This document shows positions 1 through 7,486 of a stretch of 44,398 nucleotides of DNA, in pieces. A program made the position numbers and the translations under genes. Position 1 is the stretch's first letter. Every line of letters starts with the position of its first letter. The stretch spans positions 1 to 44,398 of the IMG/VR virus record IMGVR_UViG_3300015050_000672, one strand, 5' to 3'. Origin of the DNA: a virus. Its lineage: Duplodnaviria; Caudoviricetes. The notes under the pieces were generated by a model. The model saw nothing but the letters and a program-made list of their open reading frames with translations. It searched no databases and was not told where the DNA came from.

Positions 1-123
1 GAGGGGCATGGCTTGGCAGCTTCCATAATGGCGGCGACATCCTCGCCGAGCAGAACCATACGATTACCTAAAATCCGGCACGCGCCAAGACGGCGGGCGA
101 GGTCACGCACCCTTCTTTCCGAC
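1..123. repeat. Terminal direct repeat, left copy (circular assembly overlap)
   Basis: Bases 1-123 (gaggggcatg...ctttccgac) are identical to 44276-44398, and the repeat cuts through the xis/int genes. Confidence 0.95.
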
Positions 124-176
124 CATCCCATGTGGTCAGCCAGAGCCTCCGGGGTCGTGGTCTCGGGCAGGGTCAT
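1..176 (-). CDS. Excisionase-like HTH protein, 5' part (continues across the circular join to 44104)
   Basis: ATG at 176 overlaps the upstream stop (ATGA). It reads MTLPETTTPEALADHMGWSERRVRDLARRLGAC..., in frame with ORF 44104..44385, about 115 aa in total, directly upstream of int. Confidence 0.65.
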   Translation of the reverse strand, partial: MTLPETTTPEALADHMGWSERRVRDLARRLGACRILGNRMVLLGEDVAAIMEAAKPCP

Positions 177-667
177 TGGCAGCCACCCTCCACCCATGCA
201 GCAATCCTGCCAGTGCGGCGGAACCATTCCCCGTTCAAGCGGTACGCGCTGAAGCGCCGGTGTAGTGATGCTTCCTCAGGCTGTCCGCCCGGCAGCACAG
301 CGTAGGTCTTGAGCGGGACTGGGACGGCGGTTTGCAAGCCCGCGACTCGCTCTTTGACGTTTACGGAGGTCCCGATCTTGATGAACCTCTGGAAGCCGAC
401 AACGTAGACGCCGGGCGCCTTGATGGGCTCGCGGGAGATGGGGGTAAACCGCCTTCGAAAATCTTCTATGTCCTCTTCCGAGGTGGCGGGCGCAAATGCG
501 AAATCCCACCCGGCCAGCGTCCGGCCGAGTTCCCCCTTCAGATAGCTATAGGGCAACCCCAAGACTTCGGCGGCTTGCTTTATGGTTACACGATCGCCAT
601 TGCGGAAAAAGTGCCCGCGGTTCAACTCGGCGGCCTGTTTAAGCGTCATGCGGCAGTCAGGGTTCAT
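173..667 (-). CDS. GIY-YIG superfamily protein (T5orf172/MUG113-like C-terminal domain) with N-terminal HTH-like region
   Basis: Motifs VYVVG...IKIGTSVNVKERVAGLQT and EASLHRRFSAYRLNGEWF. Confidence 0.75.
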   Translation of the reverse strand: MNPDCRMTLKQAAELNRGHFFRNGDRVTIKQAAEVLGLPYSYLKGELGRTLAGWDFAFAPATSEEDIEDFRRRFTPISREPIKAPGVYVVGFQRFIKIGTSVNVKERVAGLQTAVPVPLKTYAVLPGGQPEEASLHRRFSAYRLNGEWFRRTGRIAAWVEGGCQ

Positions 668-939
668 GGCTTGTCCGCTGTTCCGACAGCATTGAGCATG
701 TGCCTTTCGATGAAGGCAAACGCTGCTTCGCCTGATCCGGGCACAAGGCCAAGCAGGTCATGGAGTAGCTTCACGGCATCGGCTAATTCATTGCTGAGTC
801 GAGTATAATCTTCGTGCGTATGCGGGGGGTACGACATCAGGGCGCAGCGCTCGTGGTACTGCTCTCCCTCGATTACTAGCCTCTTGGCAGCAAACGGACC
901 GCCGCAGACCTTGCATCGTGTGGCGTCTGCCCCACTCAC
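664..939 (-). CDS. Hypothetical protein with CxxC...HxxC motif
   Basis: GTG at 939 overlaps the upstream stop; RCKVCGGPF...YHERCA; tightly packed in the operon. Confidence 0.5.
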   Translation of the reverse strand: MSGADATRCKVCGGPFAAKRLVIEGEQYHERCALMSYPPHTHEDYTRLSNELADAVKLLHDLLGLVPGSGEAAFAFIERHMLNAVGTADKP

Positions 940-1136
940 AGTTTCGATCCTCCCACAGCATTGCAGCAGTCCTCGCAATAGTGACGGTTGTTGTTGATGA
1001 TGATATTGGTGTTGACTGGAGCCCATTCCAGCCAACGACATACCAGAGCAATTCCAAACACGAATGATGCGCCGATAGCGCCGGCAGAAAAGCACGCTCC
1101 AATCAGGATCAATACCGCCTCAACTGGATTAACCAT
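936..1136 (-). CDS. Small membrane protein
   Basis: Hydrophobic stretch AVLILIGACFSAGAIGASFVFGIALVC; AGGAG SD upstream. Confidence 0.5.
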   Translation of the reverse strand: MVNPVEAVLILIGACFSAGAIGASFVFGIALVCRWLEWAPVNTNIIINNNRHYCEDCCNAVGGSKL

Positions 1137-1374
1137 CAGCGTTCTCCTGGGGCGATCCGGACACAGCAGGGACAGTGCCAGCCGTCCACGCAGCAATGCC
1201 GGCGGATGCCGTTAACGGGCCGTGCGCCGTTGTGCATTTGACGCAGCGCGTCTGCTCATGGTCCGGTGTCGGCGGGTGCCCCGAGTAGCGCATGGCGAAC
1301 GAACTGCCCGGCACGCAATGCATGAACTGGCCGCAATGATCGCATTTCGGCATCATGTTGAAGGCGCTACTCAC
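1129..1374 (-). CDS. Hypothetical Zn-finger protein
   Basis: CDHC...CVKC pairs; AGGAG SD upstream. Confidence 0.55.
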   Translation of the reverse strand: MSSAFNMMPKCDHCGQFMHCVPGSSFAMRYSGHPPTPDHEQTRCVKCTTAHGPLTASAGIAAWTAGTVPAVSGSPQENADG

Positions 1375-1620
1375 TGGCGTTCTCCTGGGGTGTGCGGTGG
1401 GCCATCATCGCATCGGCCAAACGATAGGCAGCTTTTGCTGTTCGATTTGCGGCGTCATTATCGAAATCACCTATGTTTCCTTTCCATAGGTTGGCAATTG
1501 CGATAAGCGATTTGGCAGCGAAATAGTCCCGTAGCGACATTCCAGTTTGGCTACCATTCGCAGGCCCTATGCCATAGGCGCTAAGATCGTTCTGCGGAAA
1601 TGCTGGCTGGTCATCTATTC
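1367..1620 (-). CDS. Conserved phage protein (PAFP...GMSLRDYFAA...AYRLADAM family); start uncertain
   Basis: Characteristic phage motif set, but no in-frame ATG near the SD (see findings). Confidence 0.6.
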
Positions 1621-1652
1621 CTCCTGATGCTGTGGGCGCGTGAGTGAAAGAC

Positions 1653-1913
1653 TCATGTCGCCTCCATGCTGCGAAACGGAAGCATCGGAGGCCGGTCCAT
1701 GCCGGACGTAAATTCCTGCTCACCGTGCTTGAAATAGTTTTCCTGAGCGTCGAACCAGCAGTCCCAGTGCCAAGCATGGTTCTGGTGATGGCCATCGAAG
1801 ATCGACCTCTCCCGAAGATAAACCTCAGTTTTTGCGATCCGCTGGTAGCACCAGACGCAGGTGTGCGGCTTGCGCGCGCCCTGCCACGTCTTGCTGAATA
1901 GATGATAAGTCAT
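1653..1913 (-). CDS. Hypothetical Zn-binding phage protein
   Basis: ARKPHTCVWC...HWDC motif; ATG at 1913 coupled to the upstream stop. Confidence 0.6.
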   Translation of the reverse strand: MTYHLFSKTWQGARKPHTCVWCYQRIAKTEVYLRERSIFDGHHQNHAWHWDCWFDAQENYFKHGEQEFTSGMDRPPMLPFRSMEAT

Positions 1914-2284
1914 GCTCGATCCTGCGAAGACACTGCGGTATTGAGGCGAGCAACTTCCTCGGTGTTTTCCGCGCGCCACTCCCCCCATGTTGGGTCAGTC
2001 AGCTTGTGTAGCGACCATTCCAGAATGTCCGGTTTGCGCGTGAACGGCTTTCGCAATCGCGGGTAACAGCGTTCGCAAAGCTGTCCGTACTTAGGCGAAT
2101 AGCCCAGGTGATCCGGGCAGAAATGCAGTCCACATCCTCGATCCTCTCCGTCTGTGTTAATCATGCCGCAGACGTAACTAAGACCGCGATTAATCTCCTT
2201 GTTACAGTCTGGATGGTCGCACAGCGCCGGCACGCCGTAGCCGACGTCTCGTCCGTCTTTGCCCTCTCCAATCGACCAGCCCAT
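1910..2284 (-). CDS. Conserved Cys-rich phage protein
   Basis: MGWSIG...RDVGYGVPALCDHPDC...RGLSYVCG...GCGLHFC pattern. Confidence 0.7.
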   Translation of the reverse strand: MGWSIGEGKDGRDVGYGVPALCDHPDCNKEINRGLSYVCGMINTDGEDRGCGLHFCPDHLGYSPKYGQLCERCYPRLRKPFTRKPDILEWSLHKLTDPTWGEWRAENTEEVARLNTAVSSQDRA

Positions 2285-2287
2285 GTG

Positions 2288-2575
2288 TCACCCAGCCTCA
2301 GTGTTTCGCTCTGCCGGAGGGTGCGGGAGCGGGGCTAGGCCAACGTATTTTATTCCGCCGTGAGTCCACGCGCCCAACGTATCGTGGCTAGTCGTCACGA
2401 TTCCTTTGACATAGGGGTAGCGGTCGTCCACGCATAGCCACGCCACCTCCCTTACCGCTGCCTGCGGTTGAGCGGCGAGCAGAGATCGAATTGCCCTCGC
2501 AGCGGAGGCCATGGCCCCATCACCCTGCCGCGCCTCTTCATCCAAAATTTCAAGTAGCTCCGTATAATCCGTCAT
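2288..2575 (-). CDS. Hypothetical protein
   Basis: Coupled ORF in the early-left operon. Confidence 0.5.
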   Translation of the reverse strand: MTDYTELLEILDEEARQGDGAMASAARAIRSLLAAQPQAAVREVAWLCVDDRYPYVKGIVTTSHDTLGAWTHGGIKYVGLAPLPHPPAERNTEAG

Positions 2576-2808
2576 GTCGCGTCTTCGCGGTTGGGGGAGG
2601 AGAGCGTGGGCGATGAATAGGCTGGGCAGTCGCGTTCGGGGTTACGGCAAGTGTCGCCAGTTGGCGCGCTGTCTCGGCACGGACAAGACGTCGCATGCGG
2701 CGTCGGCTTTGATCGACCATTCACAAAGCCCCGCCCTTTGCATCGCCGACAGCGGACGGTTTCTAGCCATCCGCCGCCACCACAGTCTTTGCAGGGGATG
2801 ACGCTCAT
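2572..2808 (-). CDS. Hypothetical protein with DnaJ-type CxxCxGxG zinc motifs
   Basis: CKDCGGGG...CRRCKGRG; ATG at 2808 overlaps the upstream TGA. Confidence 0.5.
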   Translation of the reverse strand: MSVIPCKDCGGGGWLETVRCRRCKGRGFVNGRSKPTPHATSCPCRDSAPTGDTCRNPERDCPAYSSPTLSSPNREDAT

Positions 2809-2873
2809 AGCGACACCGGAACAAAGAATATCACCAGCAGGATGATTATCAGTAAAATCCCGGGGTCCATCAT
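2805..2873 (-). CDS. 22-aa hydrophobic peptide
   Basis: MMDPGILLIIILLVIFFVPVSL; ATGA-coupled at both ends; GGGAGGGG SD upstream. Not in the ORF track. Confidence 0.5.
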   Translation of the reverse strand: MMDPGILLIIILLVIFFVPVSL

Positions 2874-3928
2874 TTCCCCTCACGATCTGTCGATGGGATC
2901 GCGAGAGCAGAAAATTCCTCCGCGCGCCGCACATCGCCACTGAATGTCATTGTTTCGCCATCCCGTATCCGCTTGTCGCTAAGCTGGTAAAGGCGTAGTG
3001 CCTGCCGCATTGTCTGCAATTGCGACAATTGGTGATATTCGGAAAGCGCCTCGACGGCGGCGATCTCCTGTTCCGTGAATGCGAGGAACAGCCCGGATGG
3101 CTGTTGCTTTGGTTGGGCAGCAGCGCGCAGGCGCTCGATCTCGGCGGCGGCTTCCTCGCAATCTTCATCAGCAATGTCATAGGCATTTCCGCTTCCGCCG
3201 TCGCGCATGATGCGACGGGCGCGCAGCCGTTCCACGATGTCAGCAGAACCTGTTCCGGCTGTTCTCCAGCCGTGATGCCACATGAAGGCGCAATAGGCGG
3301 CAACATCGCGAGGATCGCCTTTTGCTATATGCGCGTAGAGTTGGCGTTGGCAATCGCGCATCCAGTCATCCCGCATCCAGCCGCTGTTATGACCGTACTT
3401 GGATTCCGCCGCCTTCAACTTTTCCAGAAGCGCGGCTGAAAACCGAGACACAAGATCAGTCAAATTATCGAAATCATAGTCGATGGTGTTGCCGCTCTCA
3501 GCAGACGGCTGCGTGGGTTGGGCAGCATCTGGGATGAGGTCTTTCCTAATACCAACGCCAGCTGGACCTTGGCATGGTTTGTTCTGGTCGTCGGTGCGAC
3601 GAATGAAACCGCAATCCCGGCAGCAAACGAGATTGAACCGCTCGATCCAATGGTGGCCATTCGATGTCGCTACCACCTCGCGCGGCGACGGCAGATTCCT
3701 CTCAACCATCGCCATGCTCAGTGCATCGAGGAGGGTATCTGCGGCAAAGCGCTTGTGAAGCCAGCCGGTCCAATCGCCGCAGCACTCAATCGCGCAATTT
3801 GGCTGGCCGTTGAAGTCCGGGTTATCGCACATGATCGTTACGCTATCGCCTTCGTCGGCGCGCAAAACGTCGATCAGGCGAGCAACCTCGATTGCTCTTT
3901 CACTCTCAGCAGAACAACGATCAGTCAT
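2870..3928 (-). CDS. Multi-module early protein (KGDPRDVAAYCAFMWHH module; C-terminal ribbon-helix-helix-like segment)
   Basis: Long ORF with modules joined by AAQP linkers; C-terminal FTEQEIAAVEALS...MRQALRLYQ. Confidence 0.65.
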   Translation of the reverse strand: MTDRCSAESERAIEVARLIDVLRADEGDSVTIMCDNPDFNGQPNCAIECCGDWTGWLHKRFAADTLLDALSMAMVERNLPSPREVVATSNGHHWIERFNLVCCRDCGFIRRTDDQNKPCQGPAGVGIRKDLIPDAAQPTQPSAESGNTIDYDFDNLTDLVSRFSAALLEKLKAAESKYGHNSGWMRDDWMRDCQRQLYAHIAKGDPRDVAAYCAFMWHHGWRTAGTGSADIVERLRARRIMRDGGSGNAYDIADEDCEEAAAEIERLRAAAQPKQQPSGLFLAFTEQEIAAVEALSEYHQLSQLQTMRQALRLYQLSDKRIRDGETMTFSGDVRRAEEFSALAIPSTDREGK

Positions 3929-3969
3929 ATCGCACCTATCCATGTTTCAGTCTTCTTGCCACTCCGGGC

Positions 3970-4458
3970 CTAGTATTGTGACCTTCGGACATACTCAGCT
4001 TCAAGCTGGTCAAGTGGGCATGCCCTCAAAGCCGTAGTAATGTTGTAAAGCGGCGTCACGGTCCATTTCGCTTGGTTCCGATCCATGAATTCTCTGACTT
4101 CCTGCTCCCGGTCGGTGGTCAAGATTTCCCGATCAGAAACGCAGTGCCAGGCATTAGGACTGGGTTTGGCGCCCTCGGCAGGACTCGAACCTGCGACCTC
4201 GGGTTTAGAAAACCCTTGCTCTATCCGCTGAGCTACGAGGGCGGGAAGCGAGACATAATCACGGGACCCAATTGAATAGTTGGGCCTAGCGCGCAATTTA
4301 ACAATTTCTGCCATGGCATCCTCCAGCAATCGGTCAATTGGTTCGTTAACATCGGGGTCAATTTCGTCACGAATCCGCTCCAGAACGTCTTTCATGTCTC
4401 TTCTCCAAATGTTCGGATAGCCGGCCACTCCGCACATTAGGCTCATGCTATTTCCCAC
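3970..4458 (-). CDS. Hypothetical protein that reads through a tRNA gene
   Basis: Open frame with phage-like ends (DAMAEIVKLRA; VTPLY); start may be an internal Met. Confidence 0.45.
   Translation of the reverse strand: MGNSMSLMCGVAGYPNIWRRDMKDVLERIRDEIDPDVNEPIDRLLEDAMAEIVKLRARPNYSIGSRDYVSLPALVAQRIEQGFSKPEVAGSSPAEGAKPSPNAWHCVSDREILTTDREQEVREFMDRNQAKWTVTPLYNITTALRACPLDQLEAEYVRRSQY
4167..4242 (-). tRNA. tRNA-Arg (anticodon UCU)
   Basis: 76 nt: acceptor GCCCTCG/CGAGGGC, D arm GCTC-AGCGGATA-GAGC, anticodon loop TT-TCT-AA, T arm GCAGG-TTCGAGT-CCTGC, encoded G-CCA end. Confidence 0.93.
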
Positions 4459-4643
4459 CTATCCATGTGAGAAAGGCAACGGCGGCGGGAATAGCGACAA
4501 GTACTCATCGCGCCCTCCCATTTCGGTTAACGTCAATCCAGTATGCAGTCGGCATCACGAGGAGGACGACTAGAGCAATGAAAAGCTGAAGTAGCGGGCT
4601 CATGCTGCACCCGCGGCGCTGATAGGCTGTCTGTGTGAGTCCG

Positions 4644-5003
4644 TCATCGGTCCCTCCCGGCTGTTACGATTTCGCCTCGAAAATTCCGCCATGCACGAAT
4701 CGTGCGGGGCTTCTTGATCCCGTTGTGCTTCGCGCGGACCCGGTAGTCCTTGGATTTCTGGGCTACGTCCTGCGCGGTTTTGATCTTGTGCGGCTCAACC
4801 AGGGCCGGGGCCATGTTGCTTTCAACATTCAGGCCGCCGTTGCAGATGGCAACGATGTGATCCAAGTGCCATTTATCGCCAGCACCGATCTTCCTGCCTG
4901 AGATGTGGCAAATGCCGTTCTCGCGCTCAAATATTCTGAGCCTGACGCGCGGAGGCGGCATTGCATCTGGGGACGCGCCGGCCCATTCCTTGACGGCTCT
5001 CAT
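4644..5003 (-). CDS. HNH endonuclease-family protein (nin-region type)
   Basis: CHISG...WHLDHIVAICNGGLNVESNM...HKIKT. Confidence 0.8.
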   Translation of the reverse strand: MRAVKEWAGASPDAMPPPRVRLRIFERENGICHISGRKIGAGDKWHLDHIVAICNGGLNVESNMAPALVEPHKIKTAQDVAQKSKDYRVRAKHNGIKKPRTIRAWRNFRGEIVTAGRDR

Positions 5004-5539
5004 ATATGCTTCCAAGTCTTGCGGTGGACGATGCAGGCAATAGTCCCTTTATCGACTCCATATTCTCGCCCCAACGCGCGCTGCGACTTTCCACTGCTTC
5101 GTATTGCCAATACCTGTTCTTCGGTGAGAACACTTTGAGTGAGCTGCTCACCCATCATGCCGGGGATCTTGATGCGGCCCTTGTTGGCGCAGTCACGCAT
5201 GTTGTCCGCCCTAGTTCCTTCGAAAAGATGATCCGGGTTCACGCAGCAACGAATATCGCAGGTATGGCAAACGTCAGTTGACGAAGGCAAGCGCACCCCA
5301 TGCGCAATCTCATAAGACAGGCGGTGAGCTATGGTTGTCCGGTGGCCTGCGTTAACAACGCCGTAGCCGTTCGGCGTGGTCGCGTTCATCCAGAGCCAAC
5401 AACCAGAATTCGGCTCTGGGATGCTTCGTTCGAAAAAGAACTGAGTAGTGTGCGGATCACCGCGTGGCTTACGGCGAACACGAGGAGGAATCGCAGCATC
5501 GTCATCCTTTCCGATCCATTCTGGGAGTTCTCTAGTCAT
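5000..5539 (-). CDS. Free-standing HNH homing endonuclease with C-terminal HTH
   Basis: PEPNSGCWLW...GYG...AHRLSY...VCHTCDIRCCVNPDHLFEGTRADNMRD. Confidence 0.88.
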   Translation of the reverse strand: MTRELPEWIGKDDDAAIPPRVRRKPRGDPHTTQFFFERSIPEPNSGCWLWMNATTPNGYGVVNAGHRTTIAHRLSYEIAHGVRLPSSTDVCHTCDIRCCVNPDHLFEGTRADNMRDCANKGRIKIPGMMGEQLTQSVLTEEQVLAIRSSGKSQRALGREYGVDKGTIACIVHRKTWKHI

Positions 5540-5912
5540 GAAACACCACGCCATGGTTGGCCCCGAAAGCAGAAATCAGATCAATCAAATCAGTCATTTC
5601 CGCCTTGCTCAGATCCGACGACGAACGCCCCAGGTTCACAAAGCCGTTGCCGTCAAGGTTAGGGACCATGCGAAGCTCTCGCTTGAGGCTGTCCAGAAAC
5701 AGGAGCTTCCAGTCGTCTGCCGATAGCTTGATGCCGTGCCATGGGAGTTGCGCGGCTACGTCCGTCAGCATTGCCCACATACGGTCATTCTGCGGCAGCG
5801 AGCGGCGTGGAGCCTTGTACTCAACCCGCGTTCCGTCCGGCAGCTTGGAAGCCCACAGGGCCGCCTTCTGTCGGATTTCAGGGGATACGAGAACGAGCGT
5901 GGCGCGGGTCAT
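5532..5912 (-). CDS. ninB: NinB-family recombination protein
   Basis: RRSLPQNDRMWAMLTDVA...EMTDLIDLISAFGANHGV; follows SSB. Confidence 0.85.
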   Translation of the reverse strand: MTRATLVLVSPEIRQKAALWASKLPDGTRVEYKAPRRSLPQNDRMWAMLTDVAAQLPWHGIKLSADDWKLLFLDSLKRELRMVPNLDGNGFVNLGRSSSDLSKAEMTDLIDLISAFGANHGVVFHD

Positions 5913-5920
5913 GTCGGCTC

Positions 5921-6217
5921 CTAGAACGGAATGTCGTCGCCACCCATGTCATCGTCCGGGATAATTGACCTCTTGACTTGCCCCTTGAGGTTCGTTGGCT
6001 TCTGTGTCGGCTGCTGGCCCTGATCGTCTTTCGGGCGGATGCTGAAAGAGAGGGCGGGGGCTTTGTCGGCAGCGCCTTCCTTGCGCTTCCACGCGTTCAC
6101 CCAATACTCCACACCGTTGACGTTGAGCGTCCCGGTGAAGTCCGCATCCTGCTTGCCGGCGCGTTTCTTTTCATTGCGCCAGATGCTGCCACGGTTGGTG
6201 TTGTCGAAATCAGCCAT
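5921..6217 (-). CDS. Single-stranded DNA-binding protein
   Basis: Short OB-fold-like body (DFTGTLNVNGVEYWVNAW) with acidic tail DDIPF. Confidence 0.75.
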   Translation of the reverse strand: MADFDNTNRGSIWRNEKKRAGKQDADFTGTLNVNGVEYWVNAWKRKEGAADKAPALSFSIRPKDDQGQQPTQKPTNLKGQVKRSIIPDDDMGGDDIPF

Positions 6218-6924
6218 TAACCCGCCATCCTGTTGTCATCACCCCGCGCCAATTCGCGAAGGCCGGAAAGTTGCTCGGCGTAAACGCCACGCAAGAAGTC
6301 TTGCCAGTCGGACTTGAGCGAACCCAATCGATCCTTGTTCGCCGCCGCCCATTCCTGAAGCTCAAGGATTGATCCCGTCGAATGGATTTCCTTTTGCAGA
6401 GCCTCGAATATCGGGCGCTGGTCAACGACGCGAAGTTTCTTGATTGCCTCGGGCGCCGGCGCCGGGATGTTGTCGATCACCTCGCCGTTAGCGTCGTATT
6501 CGACAGTTGGAACGATGTCGGCAGCGCGGGTAACGTGCGGGTTCTGGCGCTTGAAGTCGTCGGCCTCTTCCTCGGAGTAGAGGTCGCCGTGGACAGCCAG
6601 CAATTTCAGTATCACTCGGTCCTTAGACCTTTTTTCTGCCATCGCAATCGGGTACGAATTCTTGTTGTTCTTCGGGCTAGCCTCGCCGAACGAATATTCG
6701 ACGTGATCGCCAAGCCGGCCGCCAACGAGGACCGAAACAAACCCGGCGGCCATGTCGCAGACCTTGAGTTCAGGCTTTTCCCAGATGATCCCGACTTCCG
6801 CCGCGATCCGCTCAAGGGCCTTGTGCTTGACGCACCAGGTTGTCCCGTGAACCTCCCAAATCTCGTCAGACTCGACGCCGTACTTCTCCATGAACGCCAT
6901 AACGGCCTTGCTGGGTTTAGCCAC
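6217..6924 (-). CDS. Putative ssDNA annealing protein (Rad52/Sak-like)
   Basis: KHKALERIA...SFGEASPKNNKNSYPIAMAEKRSKDRVILKL; positioned upstream of SSB and ninB; GTG start at 6924. Confidence 0.55.
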   Translation of the reverse strand: MAKPSKAVMAFMEKYGVESDEIWEVHGTTWCVKHKALERIAAEVGIIWEKPELKVCDMAAGFVSVLVGGRLGDHVEYSFGEASPKNNKNSYPIAMAEKRSKDRVILKLLAVHGDLYSEEEADDFKRQNPHVTRAADIVPTVEYDANGEVIDNIPAPAPEAIKKLRVVDQRPIFEALQKEIHSTGSILELQEWAAANKDRLGSLKSDWQDFLRGVYAEQLSGLRELARGDDNRMAG

Positions 6925-7135
6925 GGTCAGTCTCCACGATTGCGCTCGCCAAAAGGTCAAGCTTGGTTCTCATGCTCAAGATGTCGTCGCGCTGATTTTC
7001 GATGAACGGGCGCGATATCGGATCGTTGAACATCTTGCTTGCCTCGGTGACGGCAAGCCACGCATCGCGAACTGTGAGTTCGGCTTTGATCTGCGCTTCC
7101 TCGCGCGGAGTGAATGCTTCGCCGTTTTCAGACAT
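6917..7135 (-). CDS. Hypothetical protein
   Basis: GAGGA SD; packed in the operon. Confidence 0.55.
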   Translation of the reverse strand: MSENGEAFTPREEAQIKAELTVRDAWLAVTEASKMFNDPISRPFIENQRDDILSMRTKLDLLASAIVETDRG

Positions 7136-7286
7136 GCGCCATTTCCTCCGCTACGCGCCTCAAGATTTCTTCTTGCAGATAATCGGCTTCGATCTGTTCA
7201 ATCCGCGCCATGCGTTCTGCTGGGGGCAGGGGCCATAGGTTCCACCAGTGATGCAAAAGCAAATCGGCAAGCTGTTGTGACGACAT
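7128..7286 (-). CDS. Hypothetical 52-aa protein
   Basis: MSSQQLADLLLHHWWNLWPLPPAERMARIEQ...; fills the gap between two genes with overlaps at both ends. Not in the ORF track. Confidence 0.45.
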   Translation of the reverse strand: MSSQQLADLLLHHWWNLWPLPPAERMARIEQIEADYLQEEILRRVAEEMAHV

Positions 7287-7486
7287 CACTCTGCCTCCAA
7301 CAGTTCGAGCAGATCGTTGATTGCTTCCTGCTCGGTTGCGCCGCGCCCAATCTGACCGCGCGTCCCGCTATCTTCGGCGCCGTCGTAATTGTCGGTGACT
7401 GCTGACCAATCCATGTTGCGGACCGGAATCGGCGGGTAGTCAAAGCTGGTGTGGATGCGAAAACCGTTGGTGTCGTGGATTGCCAT
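7286..7486 (-). CDS. Hypothetical phage protein
   Basis: YPPIPVRNMDWSA...GRGATEQEAINDL; TGATG-coupled start at 7486. Confidence 0.65.
   Translation of the reverse strand: MAIHDTNGFRIHTSFDYPPIPVRNMDWSAVTDNYDGAEDSGTRGQIGRGATEQEAINDLLELLEAE

Noticed and set aside
1-123. Biological terminal repeat or att duplication
   Set aside because: It is exact, splits xis/int mid-gene, and the terminase looks headful-type, so an assembler circular overlap is the simplest explanation.
4167-4242. attP core formed by a host tRNA fragment
   Set aside because: The tRNA is full length and lies over 4 kb from int on the circle, with no arm-type repeats beside it.
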